Of a DNA stretch of 64,000 nucleotides, positions 48,900 through 63,375 are shown in pieces. Both the position numbers and the translations under genes were made by a program. Location of the stretch: contig NC_090415.1 in the NCBI RefSeq assembly GCF_036365525.1, forward strand, positions 11,036,001 through 11,100,000, read 5' to 3'. The stretch comes from Heterodontus francisci (taxonomy: Eukaryota). Numbering within the stretch: position 1 is the first letter of the stretch; each line of letters starts with the position of its first letter. The notes beneath the pieces are model-generated. The model was given only the letters and a program-made list of their open reading frames with translations. It ran no database searches and had not been told where the DNA came from.

Positions 48900-51690
48900 A
48901 GAGAAGTGAGTGTGACAGCTAACCAGAAGAAAAAGACACAAACTCATATACCAGAGAATGAGGGTTACCGACTTAAACCCACATTTACTTATCGGTAATT
49001 GCCATTTTCAGAATTAAAAACTTTTCCCAACTTCCCATTGCAGCAACTGACATGCACAGAGTAAAACAAACAGTTATTTAGCAGAAATTAACAAGTACAC
49101 TTGTAAATGTACACTTACAGAATAGAAACTGTCAGTTCAAGGCAGAAGCAGATTCACACAGATCAAATTGAATGTTACAATGTGAACTCTATAATTAAAT
49201 ACCAGAAGCTGATGGGCACACAGTAAATCTTACAATAGCATACCAGACGCAGACAGACTGAGAAACAACATTATCACAGAGTGGAATCTGACAAGTGAAG
49301 AGGAAAATTTACAGTAGCATATCAGGGAATGAGAGGGAAAGAATAATTCAAGCAGTACCATAAACCAACAAGTGCAGAATAATGGCCATACAAAGAAGTG
49401 TGATGCTGATAGGTACAGGGAAAATGTGAAGCTCGCCACAGATGCACAGAAACAGAATAAAGCACATACACATAAAGTAACTGAGGTACATAGCAAAATC
49501 CACATTTACATGTCAGAAACAGACACAGAGAGGAAAACAAACACTCACAAATTGTGCACAGATAAATACAGAGTAATAGCCACATTCACATTACAGAGAC
49601 TGGTAGATGTAGGGTCAAACCCACAATCAATTACCACAATCATAAAGTTACAGAATAAATCAGATAATTGCACTGCAGGAACTGACAACATGCTGGGTAA
49701 AATCCTCATTTGCATATCAGAACTGAAAGGTTAAATATTCATCCCACATTCACTTGCCAGAACATGTACATGTCCATGTACAGTGTAAATGAAAATGGAA
49801 AATTCTGGAAATACTCTGCAAGTCTGGCAGCACCTGTGGAGAGAGAAATTCAGTTCACATTTCAGGTCAATGACCTTTGATCAGGACAGACCTTTCTGAT
49901 GAAAGGTCATTGACCTGAAAGGGTAATTCTGTTTCTGTCTCCACAGATGCTGGCAGTCCTGCTGTGTATTTACAGAATTTTCTGCTTTTATTTCCAATTT
50001 CCAGCATTAACAGTATTTTGCTTTGTATTAGGTGCAGTTTAAAGATCTTACTTCAATACCAGTAATTGACAAGTACGAAGGAATACTCATATTCATGTAA
50101 CAGAAAGTGAGCGATTCAAACCAAAACCACCGTTCAATTCATCAGTAAATGACAGGTACATAAAAAAATCCACTCACATCAGAAGCTGGCAGGTAGAGTG
50201 AAAAGTGCACATGCACATAGCAGTAAGTGACAGAGAAAAATATAGTCACATTCCACATTCTGAGATAAAGAATGAATCCCTCACACACATACCGTACAAA
50301 GAGGGACAGACATTTAGACAGATCTAGGTGTGAAAGAGCTCCTTCATTGTTCCTAAAATATAAACAAACAGATCCTGTCTTTCAGAGTGGCAGATGCAGA
50401 ATAAGTTCTACACTCAGACTGTACCAGTGATGAACAGCTACAGAATGAATGTCATTCATAAAAGTGGGAGTTCCAGAATTTGGGCTGAGTGATGATGAAG
50501 GAATGGTGTTATATTTTGAAGTCAGGATGTTGTGCAAACTGGAGATGAAATTGCAGGTGGTAATGTTCTCATAAGCTTGCTGCCCAGTTCCAGTCAGTAG
50601 CAGATGTCATGGGTTTGGAAGGTGCTGTTGTACGGTACTTCCTCAGGTTGATGCAGTACATTTTTTAGATGGGACACACTGTGCACTGGTGGTGGAGGGA
50701 GTAAATGCATAACCTGGTGAATGGTAAGATAATCAAGCCTGCTGATTTTTCCTGGATGGTATCAAGCTTCTTCAGTGTTTTTAGAGCTGCACTCAACCAA
50801 GCAAGTGGAGAGTAATCCATCAGAATTCTGACTTGTTGCTTGTAGGTGGTGGAAAGACTTTGGGAAGTTAGGACATGAGTTGCTCATCACAGAATTCCCC
50901 GTCTCTGACCAGCCCTTGAAGCCAGAGATGACAGATGACATATGGCAGAAAAAAGAGTAAATCCTATAGTCATTTCCCATAAAGCAACATGCACATAAGA
51001 ATGGGCATGTGCAAACAAGATACTGACATGCCTTGGACACAGCTGTAATCACTAATCATAGGCTCGTGGAGACAGAATAAAAACACGATCACATACCAGT
51101 AACTGAGAGGTACATAGTAAAATTCACATTCACATGTCAGGAACAGAAAGGCAAAGAAAAACACTTGCTGGCAAATCCAATACAGACAGACACAGAGTAA
51201 GAGCCACATTCACATTCCAGAGACTGACAGATCAAGAGTAAACACTCCAATTAATTACAAGTAACAAACAGGAACAGAATAGAATACATACTTGCATTTT
51301 AGTATCTGACAGGGACCCAGAATAAAATACACATTCACGTATCAGAAACTGACAAGTGAAGAGTAAAAGTCACAGTAATATGTCACAAACTGACAGAAAC
51401 AGGGTGATCTCACATTCATTTGCCAGATTATAAAAGGTAACGAAAAAAATCTTTCTTCCAAACCTGAAACTGACAGGCACAGAATAAAGGAGTGACTTAC
51501 ATTGCAGTAAGTGACCAGAATTAGGAAAATCCATATTCACATGTCAGAAACTGACAGCTGAAGAGTAAAATCTGAAGTAACATCACACTCTGACAGATAT
51601 GGATTGATGTCACAATCACTTGCCAGCAACTAGCAGGTACAGAGTAAAGATCTTTATTCCATACCAGAAACTGACAGGTACAAAGAGGGA
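48900..51690. repeat. Degenerate 41-bp repeat arrays interrupted by a PLE palindrome and a LINE fragment
   Basis: Motif evident at 48900-49790, 50030-50450 and 50920-51690. Confidence 0.65.
49790..50030. mobile_element. Palindromic pair of Penelope terminal repeats with hammerhead-like core
   Basis: Arms about 49805-49884 and 49896-49974; CTGATGA-AAGGTCATTGACCT-GAAA at 49896-49920. Confidence 0.78.
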
Positions 51691-51699
51691 TGAGGTCAT

Positions 51700-54600
51700 G
51701 CAACATGAACTTCGGAAGCTAGGTAGCAGATTAAAGAAAAGGGGTCCACAAAGGTTGTAATCACTGGATTACTCCTGCTGCCATGTGCAGGTGAGTATAG
51801 GAATAGGAGGATAGAGCAGATGAATGTGTGGCTGAAGAGATAGTGCAGGAGGGAGGGCTTTAACTTCCTGGATCACTGGGTCTGTTTCTGGCCAAGGTGG
51901 GAATTGCACAAGTTGGACAGATTGCACCTGAACTGGATCGGGACCAACATCCTTGCTGGGAGGTTTACAGGTGCTTTTGGGGGTGGGGGGTGAGGGGTGG
52001 TTGTTGTAAACTAACTTGGCAAGGGGGTGGGATACAGAGGGGATGTACAGTAAGGGTTGATGCACAGTCAAATCTAGAAGATAAACTGAGTCAGTCTGGA
52101 AGGCAGAGAAAAGGCAGACCTGTTAAGACACAAGCTAACACTGCAAGGCTGGATTGCATCTATTTTAACACAAGGAATCTTACTAGTAAGGCAGATGAAT
52201 TGAGGCCATTTATTAACACATGGAAATATGATATTATTCCTGTCACAGAGACATGGTTGAGGGAAGGGCAGGACTGGTAGCTCAATATTCCAGGGTATAG
52301 AAACTTCAGGCCTGATTAGGGAGGGTATAAAATAGGAGGTGGCAGTGCACTGTTGATCAAGGAGTCAATTACTGTATAAGGAGGGATGATATCTTAGAAG
52401 ATTCCTCAAATGAGGCCATATGGGTAGATTCTTTTTTTTTCTTTTGGGCCTCCTTATCTCGAGAGACAATGGCTACGCGCCTGGAGGTGGTCAGTGGTTT
52501 GTGAAACAGCGCCTGGAGTGGCTATAAAGGCCAATTCTAGAGTGACAGGCTCTTCCACAGGTGCTGCAGAGAAATTTGTTTGTCGGGGCTGTTGCACAGT
52601 TGGCTCTCCCCTTGCGCCTCTGTCTTTTTTCCTGCCAACTACTAAGTCTCGTCGACTCGCCACATTTTAGCCCCATCTTTATGGCTGCCTGCCAGCTCTG
52701 GCGAACGCTGGCAACTGACTCCCACGACTTGTGATCAATGTCACAGGATTTCATGTTGCCTTTGCAGATGTCTTTATAGCGGAGACATGGACGGCCGATG
52801 GGTCTGATACCAGTGGCGAGCTCGCTGTACAATGTGTCTTTGGGGATCCTGCCATCTTCCATGCGGCTCACATGGCCAAGCCATCTCAAGCGCCGCTGAC
52901 TCAGTAGTGTGTATAAGCTGGGGATGTTGGCCGCCTCGAGGACTTCTGTGTTGGAGATACGGTCCTGCCACCTGATGCCAAGTATTCTCCGGAGGCAGCG
53001 AAGATGGAATGAATTGAGATGCCGCTCTTGGCTGACATACGTTGTCCAGGCCTCGCTGCCATAGAACAAGGTACTGAGGACTCTGGCCTGATACACTCGG
53101 ACTTTTGTGTTCCGTGTCAGTGCGCCATTTTCCCACACTCTCTTGGCCAGTCTGGACATAGCAGGGAAGCCTTTCCCATGCGCTTGTTGATTTCTGCATC
53201 TAGAGACAGGTTACTGGTGATAGTTGAGCCGAGGTAGGTGAACTCTTGAACCACTTCCAGAGCGTGGTCGCCAATATTGATGGATGGAGCATTTCTGACG
53301 TCCTGTCCCATGATGTTTGTTTTCTTATGGGTAGAACATAAATACAAAAAGGGGGGCAATCACTTGGTTGGGAGTGTACTACAGGCCTCCAAACAGTCAG
53401 GGAGAGATAGAAGAGCAAATATGTAGGCAAATCTCAGAGAGGTGTAAAAATAATAGGGTAATAATTGTAGGGGATTTCAACTTACCCAATATCAACTGGG
53501 ATTGTCTTCGTGCTAACGGCTTAAAGGAGGCAGAATTCTGAAGGTGCATTTGGAGATCTTTTTGAGCCAGCAGGCAGAAAGTCCTACAAAAGAAGGAGCC
53601 GCGCTCGACCTAATCCTAGGGAGTGAAGCCGGACAAGTGGGAGGAGTGTCAGTGGGGGAGCATTTCCGAGATAGTGGCCATAACTCTGTAATATTCAAGG
53701 TAGTTTTGGAAAAGGACAAAGAGGGACCAGAAATAAATGTACTCAATTTGGGGAAGACCGATTTCAATATGATAAAACAGGATCTGGCCAAAGTGGACTG
53801 TGAGAAGCTACTTAGAGGACAGTCTACATCAGACTAGTGGGATTCATTCAAAAAGGAAATAATGAGAATTCAGGGCCAACATGTTCCCATAAAGGTGAAG
53901 CGTAGGATGAACAAATCCAGGGAACCCTGGATGTCAAGGGATATAGAGGATTGGATAAGGGGAAAAAAAAGAGGCTTAGGGCAGAAAACAGCAGAGGCCC
54001 AGAGGAGTATAGAAAATGTCGGGGAGTGGGGGCGGGGGGTGGGTAGGTGGTACTTAAAAAAATATATAAGAATAATAAGCAGAGTGAGGAGGTGAGTTGA
54101 AATAAAAATGGTGTCTAACAAACTTGATTGAATTTTTTGAGGAGGTGACTCGATGTGTAGATGCGGGTAAGGCAGTTGATGTAGTCTACATGGACTTCAG
54201 TAAGACTTTAGATAAGGTCCCGGATGGGAGATTGGTTAACAAGGTAAGAGCCCATGGGATCCAGGGCAATTTGGCAAATTGAATTCAGAATTGGCTTAGT
54301 GGCAGGAGGCAGAGGGTGATGGTCGAGCGTTGTTTTTGTGAGTTGAAGTTTGTGACCAGTGGTGTACCACAGTGATCAGTGCTGGGACCATTGCTGTTGG
54401 TAGTGTACATGAATGATTTAGACGTGAATGTAGTAGATATGATCAGTTAGTTCGCAGATGACACGAAAATTGGTGTCATAAATAGTGAGGAGGAAAGCCT
54501 TAGATTACAGGATGATATAGATGGGCTGGTAAGATGGGTGGAGCAGTGGCAAATGGAATTTAATCCAGAGAAGTGCAAAAATGTGAGGTGATGCATTTTG

Positions 54601-55365
54601 GGAGGCCTATCAAGGCAAGAGAATATACAATGAATGGTCAGATCCTAAGATGTACAGAGGCTCTGAGGGACATTGGTGTACTTGTCCATAGATCACTGAA
54701 GGCAGCAGCACGAGGAGATAAGGTGGTTAGGAAGGCATATGGGATACTTGTCTTTATTAGCCGAGGCATAGAATATAAGAGCAGGGAGGTTATGAGGGAG
54801 CTGAATGAAATGCTAGTTAGGCCACAGCTGGAGTACTGTGTACAGTTCTTGTCAACTCACCAAAGGAAGGACGTGATTGCAATGGAGAGCGTGCAGAGGA
54901 GATTCATCAGGATGTTTCCTGGGCTGTGGCATTTCAGTTATGAAGAGAGACTGGATAGGCTAGGGTTGTTTTCCTTGGAGCAGAGAAGGCTGAGGGGGGA
55001 ACTGATTGAGGTATACAAAATTACACGGGACATTGATAGTACAGATCGGAAGAAAACGTTCCCTCAGTGGAGGGATCAACAACCAGGGGAGATAGATTTA
55101 AGTAATGGGCAGCAGGTTTAGAGGGGACTTGAGGAGAAAATATTTCACGCAGAGTGTGGTTGGAATCTGGAACACACTACCTGAAGGGCTGGTAGAGGCA
55201 GGACCCCTCATAGCATTTGAGAAGGATTTCGATGAACACGTGAAACGTCATAGCATACAAGACTATGGGCCAAGTGCTGGAAAATGTGATTCGAATAGAT
55301 TCATGCTTGATGGGAGGCAAAGACACAGTGGGCCAAAGGGCCTGTTTCTATGCTGTATAACTCTA
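51700..55365 (+). mobile_element. CR1-group LINE (ORF1 end, APE, RT, 3' tail), degenerate, split by RTE
   Basis: LDCIYFNTRNLTSKADEL...TETWL; ALDLILG...DSGHNSV; FADDTKIG; LVRPQLEYCVQF. Confidence 0.88.
52429..53325 (-). mobile_element. RTE LINE, 5'-truncated, TSD TATGGGTAGA
   Basis: TSD at 52419-52428 and 53326-53335; C-terminal 222 aa nearly identical to the 1498-4407 ORF. Confidence 0.93.
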
Positions 55366-56315
55366 TGACAAATGTAAAGGAAAGCCAACATTCAGATAGC
55401 AGAAATTCACAGATCCAAAGCAAATCCACCATACAGTTCAGCAGAAAGTGACAGGACAGAAAAAACACACACTCACATACCAGAAATTGGCATACAGAAT
55501 AAAATTCACACGCCCGTATCAGAAACCAACTTGCACAGATGTAAATCCACAATCATACAGCAGAGAATGAGATGTATGACTAAACCCAGCTTCTGACACT
55601 TGAGGCTAACGTACACAGAGTGAAAACAATGCTCATGTCTCACACCAGAAACGGCCAGATGTAGATCACAACCCATACTCACATATCAGAACTGGCAGGT
55701 CCCTTGTAAAATATCTCTTAATGAACCACTGGCAGGGAGACGATACAGTCCACATTCGTTCATCAGAAACTTACAGATACAGATAATAAACAGTACTTAC
55801 ATACAACAGATTGAAAGAAACAGGTTAAAACCCATCCTTATATGTAGACATCTGATTGGTACAGAACACAGGTGAGGCCTCCAAACCAGAGACTGACATG
55901 TCGAGTGAAAACAACGCTGGCATGTCATCAATTAACATGTGCAGTGTAAAGCTACACAAAAATGCCACTTACTAACAGGTACAGAGACAAAACCAAACAA
56001 CCTTTCATACCAGAAACTGACAGGTGCAGATTAAAATCCAAATTCACAATTCAGAAATTAACAGATAAAGAGAAATGCCCAGACTCCAAAATCAGATATT
56101 AACAGATGCATAACAAAACCCACACTCACAGAACAAAACCCATCATCACCCATTTAGAAACTGAATGTTACGGAGAAAAATAAAACAGAATCACCTATTG
56201 AAGATTGAAATTATTGAATGAAATGACCAAATCATTGACCGTAGATTGACAGATATGGAGTAAAAGCCACGGGTAAATATCACATACTGATGGGCACAGA
56301 ATGAATCCCACACTC
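55365..56315. repeat. Degenerate 41-bp tandem repeat array
   Basis: Paralogous to 26506-27490. Confidence 0.65.
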
Positions 56316-56601
56316 ACATGTCCGGCAGGGAAGGACAAATATTTCACGACCCAGAATGTCCATGCATTTCCTCCTGCCATATTCCACATATGTGACCAAA
56401 TAGATGCTTTTGTTAACACCTCAAAAACATCATCCCTGCCAGTGTTATCATATTATATTTGATCAATTATTTCAACTCCACAACCCTCCATATTTTTTCA
56501 GACCTGTCTTTCCTGAATATTTGTCGCCAGTAATAATAAGTTCCCTTGCCTCGCCTAGTTTCAGCCAGAATTATGTAATGGTCACGATATAAATCTTTCA
56601 T

Positions 56602-57686
56602 AATGAAAACAAGAAATGCTGGATATACTCAGCTGGTTTGGCAGCATCTGTGGAGAGAGAAGCAGAGTTAACATTTCAGGTCAGTGACCCTTCTTCAGAA
56701 CTGGTAAATATTAGAAATGTGAAAGGTTTTAAGCAAGTAAAGCGGGGGTGGGGCAAGAGATAACAAGGGAGAAGGTGTAGAAAGGAAAATGTCACAGAAT
56801 AGCTGACCAGAAGGTCATGGAGCAAAGGCAATTATGTTAATGGTGTGTTGAAAGACAAAGCATTCGTACAGATAGGGTGTTAATGGATGAAAATTGAACA
56901 GCCGCAAGTACAAATATGAAAAAAAAGTGGGTAAGCAAACTGAACCAACTGAGGTGATATTAAATAAAATAAATATAAAAATAAAGATAAAAAGGAAAGA
57001 ATAACTAAAAATAAAAGTAAATGGGGGGGCCCGTCATGCTCTGAAATTATTGAACTCAATGCTCAGTCTTGCAGGCTGCATTGTGCCTAATCGGTAAATG
57101 AGATGCTGTTCCTCGAGCTTACCTTGATGTTCACTGGAACACTGCAGCAATCCCAGGACAGAGATGTAAGCAGGGGGGAGTGTTGAAATGACAAGCAACC
57201 GGAAGCTCGGGGTCATGCTTTCGGACTGAGCGGAGGTGTTACGCAAAGCGGTCACCCAGTATATGTTTGGTCTCACCAATGTAGAAGAGACCACATTGTG
57301 AGCAGCGAATACAGTATACCATATTGAAAGAAGTCCAAGTAAATCGCTGCTTCACTCGAAAGGAGTGTTTGGGGCCTGGGATTGTGAGTAGAGAGGAGTA
57401 AAATGGGCAGGTATTACTTCTCCTGTGATTGCAGGGGAAGGTGCCATGTGAAGGGGACAAGGTGGTGGGGGTAATGGAGGAGTGGACCAGGGTGTCGCGG
57501 AGGGAATGATCCCTTCGGAATGCTGACAGGGGAAGGGAGGGGAAGATGTATTTGGTAGTGGCATCACGCTGGAGGTGGCAGAAATGGTGGAGGATGATTC
57601 TTTGGATGTGGAGGCTGATGGGGTGGAAAGTGAGGACAAGGGTATCCTCGGTTGAGGAAAAAGGAAGACATATCACAAGCGCTGTC
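56602..57686 (-). mobile_element. Penelope-like element fragment with 15-bp TSD ATATAAATCTTTCAT
   Basis: VYCIRCSQCGLFYIGETK (GIY-YIG); TSD 56587-56601 and 57687-57701; empty site 27752-27766. Confidence 0.88.
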
Positions 57687-57792
57687 ATATAAATCTTTCA
57701 TGTGGTTACTTGTGACTGCAGCTGACCAATCTTATTTGGCACGCTACATGGAGATAAGGACTTGCACTTCAATGCTCGCATTTGCCCCACTC

Positions 57793-58755
57793 AAAGAACA
57801 AAGAAAATTACAGCACAGGAACAGGCCCTTCGGCCCTCCAAGCCTGCGCCGATCCAGATCCTCTATCTAAACATGTCGCCTATTTTCTTAGGGTCTGTAT
57901 CTCTTTACTTCCTGCCCATTCATGTATCTGTCTAGATACATCTTAAAAGACGCTATCGTGCCCGTGTCTTCCACCTCCGCTGGCAACACGTTCCAGGCAC
58001 CCACCACCCTCTGTGTAAAGAACTTTCCACGCATATCCCCCCTAAACTTTTCCCCTCTCACTTTGAACTCGTGACCCCTAGTAATTGAATCCCCCGCTCT
58101 GGGGAAAAAGCTTCTTGCTATCCAACCTGTCTATTCCTCTCATGATTTTGTACACCTCAATCAGGTCCCCCCTCAACCTACGTCTTTCTAATGAAAATAA
58201 TCCTAATCTGCTCAACCTCTCTTCATAGCTAGCGCCCTCCATACCAGGCAACATCCTGGTGAACCTCCTCTGCACCCTCTCCAAAGCATCTACATCCTTT
58301 TGGTAATGTGGCGACCAGAACTGCACGCAGTATTCCAAATGTGGCCGAACCAAAGTCTTATCCAACTGTAACATGACCTGCCAACCCTTGTACTCAATAC
58401 CCCGTCCAATGAAGGAAAGCATGCCGTATGCCTTCTTGACCACTCTATTGACCTGCTTTGCCACCTTCAGGGAACAATGGACCTGAACACCCAAGTCTCT
58501 CTGTACATCAATTTTCCCCAGGACTTTTCCATTTACTGTATAATTCACTCTTGAATTGGATCTTCCAAAATGCATCACCTCGCATTTGCCCTGATTGAAC
58601 TCCATCAGCCATTTTTCTGCCCAACTCTCCAATCTATTTATATTCTGCTGTATTCTCTGACAGACCCCTTCACTATCTGCTACTCCACCAATCTTAGTGT
58701 CGTCTGCAAACTTGCTAATCAGATCACCTATACTTTCCTCCAAATCATTTATGTA
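57793..58755 (-). mobile_element. CR1-group LINE 3' fragment, open frame, upstream of H2B
   Basis: YINDLEESIGDLISKFADDTKIGG...LVRPHLEYCVQFWSPH; absent at the paralogous site near 1159. Confidence 0.92.
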
Positions 58756-59000
58756 TCTGATACCCACTATACTGGACGATTCGGTCCTGTTCATGGACGG
58801 AAGTGCAGAGGGGCGCTACATCCTGATAAGGAAGGGAACTATAGAGAGTGAAAAAAGAGACGAGTTCGTACTCGCAAAATAGAAATGGTTGATGAGGAAG
58901 AGGGACTCAGAAAGTCACTGATGCAGATGGATAAGGGCCGGCAAAAGGGTTGGACGATCTGACTGCTGCGACAGTTTGTGTCTGTGAGAAGCACAAAATG

Positions 59001-59133
59001 TGATTGGTTACTTTAGACACCCAATCAGATAGATACAGAACATCAGGCAATGACATCATTGTAAACCAGCCAATCATGAACATGGTCTTCTCCCATTCCT
59101 CATTAGCATAGGGTTCAGGGGATGTCTATAAAA
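59001..59133 (+). promoter_or_regulatory. Uninterrupted H2B promoter (ATTGG/CCAAT pair, TGACATCA, CCAAT, ATTAGCAT, TATAAAA)
   Basis: ATTGG 59003, CCAAT 59021 and 59070, ATTAGCAT 59102-59109, TATAAAA 59127-59133. Confidence 0.82.
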
Positions 59134-59186
59134 TGCGAGCTTGGAGCGAAATTTCGGTTATTCTGTGTTTGAAGTTGATCGTGATC

Positions 59187-59567
59187 ATGGTTGACGAGAA
59201 GAAAACTACAGCAGCTTCCAAGAAGGGCGCCAAGAAAGTTCTGAAGAAGGCGCCAGTGAAGGGCAGCAAGAAACGGAGAAAATCCAGGAAAGAAAGTTAC
59301 TCCATCTACGTGTACAAAGTGATGAAGCAGGTTCACCCTGACACCGGCATCTCCTCCAAGGCCATGAGCATCATGAATTCGTTTGTGAATGATATTTTCG
59401 AGCGAATCGCGGGTGAGGCTTCCCGCCTGGCCCATTACAACAAACGCAGCACCATCAGCTCCCGGGAGATCCAGACCGCCGTGCGCCTGCTGCTGCCCGG
59501 GGAGCTGGCCAAACACGCCGTGTCGGAAGGTACAAAGGCGGTCACCAAGTACACCAGCTCCAAGTAA
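59187..59567 (+). CDS. H2B: Histone H2B (126 aa)
   Basis: Canonical H2B fold; N-tail [26 protein letters not shown]. Confidence 0.97.
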   Translation: MVDEKKTTAASKKGAKKVLKKAPVKGSKKRRKSRKESYSIYVYKVMKQVHPDTGISSKAMSIMNSFVNDIFERIAGEASRLAHYNKRSTISSREIQTAVRLLLPGELAKHAVSEGTKAVTKYTSSK

Positions 59568-59606
59568 ATATCCGCAATGTACTGAAACACACCCAAAACA
59601 CAAAAA

Positions 59607-59622
59607 GGCTCTTTTAAGAGCC
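59607..59622 (+). terminator. Histone 3' stem-loop (H2B)
   Basis: GGCTCTTTTAAGAGCC-ACCCA. Confidence 0.95.
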
Positions 59623-60438
59623 ACCCACAACTTCTCTGAAAAAGCTACAACATTGTCTGTACAGTATCGACTTATATTGATTTATATATCAAGTGTCCTT
59701 GCCTTTGTGATCTCTGTTTTACTCCCATAGATTCTGGTTAATGCAGTTTCACTGCCCGTGCGATCTTTCTGTCTCTAACTAATAATGTCCCGTACATAAA
59801 TTACTGACCACTGACCATTTGTGAGGTTTGTTCTCGGACGTGTTCATATTCGGCTCCTTTTCTGTATTTCGACAATAAAAGCTGATTTAACGCACATACA
59901 TCAGTTCGCAGTCACTTATTTCCCTAGTTCAAGTTTGACCTCAAAAATTAATAATTACATTATCTAGAACCCCGGGTGGTGTCGGAACCCTCCGTCTCAC
60001 ACGCTGACACCTGACACTGAAAATCTACACTCCGCTGTTGTCTTCCACGAATAACAAACAATCGTTCATCAGTGATGCGGTATTATTATGAAAATTGACA
60101 TGAAATGTGCCCTGTTGGAGAATGCTGTGAAAGAGACTTTCTGCTCGCTGGTTTCAAAAAGGACAGAGAGTAAACCCGAATAGATGTCAGAATGTAAAAG
60201 CCAATCTGGAACTTGTTACCAAATGTAGAATAACACAATATGAAAAAGGTTTTATTTATTTAACCGTAAAAAAAGAACTAGAAATGTGATATTTTATATT
60301 GAAGCCGCCCCAATATATTGGCGGGCTTTTCAAATTTGAAAAATCGGTTGCAGTCTGACAATTTGGCGCCGTTATTTTCCGCCTTCATCTCCTTGGCGTC
60401 TCCTGATTGGTGAATTCAGCAGCTCTCCGATTGGTTAA

Positions 60439-60954
<516 letters not shown>

Positions 60955-60984
60955 AGCTGCCAGACCTGAATTTGACAACCCAAA

Positions 60985-61000
60985 GGCTCTTTTCAGAGCC
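60985..61000 (+). terminator. Histone 3' stem-loop (H2A)
   Basis: GGCTCTTTTCAGAGCC-ACCCA. Confidence 0.95.
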
Positions 61001-61370
61001 ACCCACTTTATCTGTGAAAGGGCTGGTTACTGTCTGAGAGACGGTAATGTTATACTGTTCGCGTTATTTTGTGTTGGTATGAATTGTACTGGAGTCAAGC
61101 ATTTATCTGCTCATCAGATGGAATGCATTTTAATTTTCTCTTGCCATATTTGTAAGGCTTTTTTTACAATTCTACCGTTTATATACCACTAAGGCGTATC
61201 TTGAGTTCTAAAATGAGTTCCTCTGATAAAATAACTTGTCTCCAATGGTGTCACTGCTCCCACACTGAGAACTGTAAGGTCCTGAAATTCCCAGCTGCAA
61301 TATGGAGACAAAGGAATCTGGGTCACTCTGCTTCGAGAGTTATCAGTGGACAGTAAAGAGGGTGGTCAAA

Positions 61371-61683
61371 TCCTTCTGAGACGTTTATGTGCTGGAATCA
61401 ACAAGAGATAACAGCTCTATCTTTTGCCAATTTGATGTCTCTTTGAAGAGCCGTTGTGTTCTCTGATGCCAAACTCAGTTCCGGGCAGGGTCAGTATTTT
61501 TTATCAGGGCAGTTGTTTCAAAGAAGCTGAAGGCGGATTTTTAAAGAGATGTTGTGTTTCGTGTTTTATTTCTGTACACTGTGGAGATTTACAAGGAACT
61601 GGGATAATTCGTCAGTGTTTTTGTCCCTGCCAAGGCGGCGTGCTTGGAGAACTCCCCGGGCAGCAGCAGACCCATTGCGGTCG
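61371..61683 (-). pseudogene. Orphan H3 3' UTR (about 61371-61495) plus inverted decayed H2B 3' fragment (stop 61589-61591)
   Basis: Paralog of 6770-7079. Confidence 0.8.
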
Positions 61684-62173
61684 ATATGTGTGTACACAAA
61701 TCACAAGATCCAAATGATTGTAGACTGATGCCATCTACTGGTTAAAAGTGAGTCATGCAAGAATATTCCCATTCCTTCAGAAATATCTGAAATTGGAGAG
61801 GAATAACATCGAGTGTGTTGGGGGCAGATTCAATCGAGACCCTGAAAACAGAATTGGATAATTATATCAAGAATAAAATAAAATTGCAGAGCAATGGAGA
61901 AAAGGCGGGTAGGTGGGAGGTGGTGAGCTGGTCTTGCAGAGAGCCGGCCGCGACACGACGGGCCGAATGACCAACTTAACAGAAACATAGAAAGATAGGA
62001 GCAGGAGTAAGCCATTCGGTGCTTCGAGCCTGTACCGCCAGTCAATACGATCATGGCTGATCATCCAAACTCAGTCCCCTGTTCGCGCTTTGTCCGCGTA
62101 TCCCTTGATCCCTTTAGACATAAGCCGCGATCATTTTGGAACTAAAGACACGCTTTAGTAGGACAGAGAGTCA

Positions 62174-63375
62174 GAGACCCGTTTCCTATCCTGAGTGGTG
62201 TGAAACAGGGCTGTGTTCTCGCACCCACACTTTTTGGGATTTTCTTCTCCCTGCTGCTTTCACATGCGTTCAAGTCCTCTGAAGAAGGAATTTTCCTCCA
62301 CACAAGATCAGGGGGCAGGTTGTTCAACCTTGCCTGTCTAAGAACGAAGTCCAAAGTACGGAAAGTCTTCATCAGGGAACTCCTCTTTGCTGACGATGCT
62401 GCTTTAACATCTCACACTGAAGAGTGCTTGCAGAGTCTCATCGACAGATTTGCGGTGCCTGCAATGAATTTGGCCTCACCATCAGCCTCAAGAAAACGAA
62501 CATCATGGGGCAAGACGTCAGAAATGCTCCATCCATCAATATTGGCGACCACGCTCTGGAAGTGGTTCAAGAGTTCACCTACCTAGGCTCAACTATCACC
62601 AGTGACCTGTCTCTAGATGCAGAAATCAACAAGCGCATGGGAAAGGCTTCCACTGCTATGTCCAGACTGGCCAAGAGAGTGTGGGAAAATGGTGCACTGA
62701 CACGGAACACAAAAGTCCGAGTGTATCAGGCCTGTGTCCTCAGTACCTTGCTCGATGGCAGCGAGGCCTGGACAACATATGTAAGCCAAGAACGACGTCT
62801 CAATTCATTCCATCTTCGTGCCTCCGGAGAATACTTGGCATCAGGTGGCAGAACCGTATCTCCAACACAGAAGTCTTCGAGGCGGCCAACATCCCCAGCT
62901 TATACACACTACTGTGTCAGCGGCGCTTGAGATGGCTTGGCCATGTGAGCCGCATGGAAGATGGCAGGATCCCCAAAGACACATTGCACAGCGAGCTCGC
63001 CACTGGTATGAGACCCACCGGCCGTCCATGTCTCCGCTTTAAAGACATCTGCAAACGCGACATGAAGTCCTGTGACATTGATCACAAGTCGTGGGAGTCA
63101 ATTGCCAGCGTCCGCCAGAGCTGGCGGGCAGCCATAAAGGCGGGGCTAAAGTGTGACGAGTCGAAGAGACTCAGCAGTTGGCAGGAAAAAAGACAGAGGC
63201 GCAAGGAGACAGCCAACTGTGTAATAGCCATGACAAACAAATTTTTCTGCAGCACCTGTGGAAGAGCCTGTCACTCTAGAATTGGCCTTTATAGCCACTC
63301 CAGGCGCTGCTCCACACACCACTGACCACCTCCAGGCACTTACCCATTGTCTGTTGAGATAAGGAGGCCAAAGAA
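62174..63375 (+). mobile_element. RTE LINE, 5'-truncated, frameshifted; likely TSD AGAGTCA
   Basis: KQGCVLAPTLF...LLFADD...CSTCGRACHSRIGLYSH; AGAGTCA at 62167-62173 and 63376-63382; absent at paralogous site near 7551. Confidence 0.92.
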
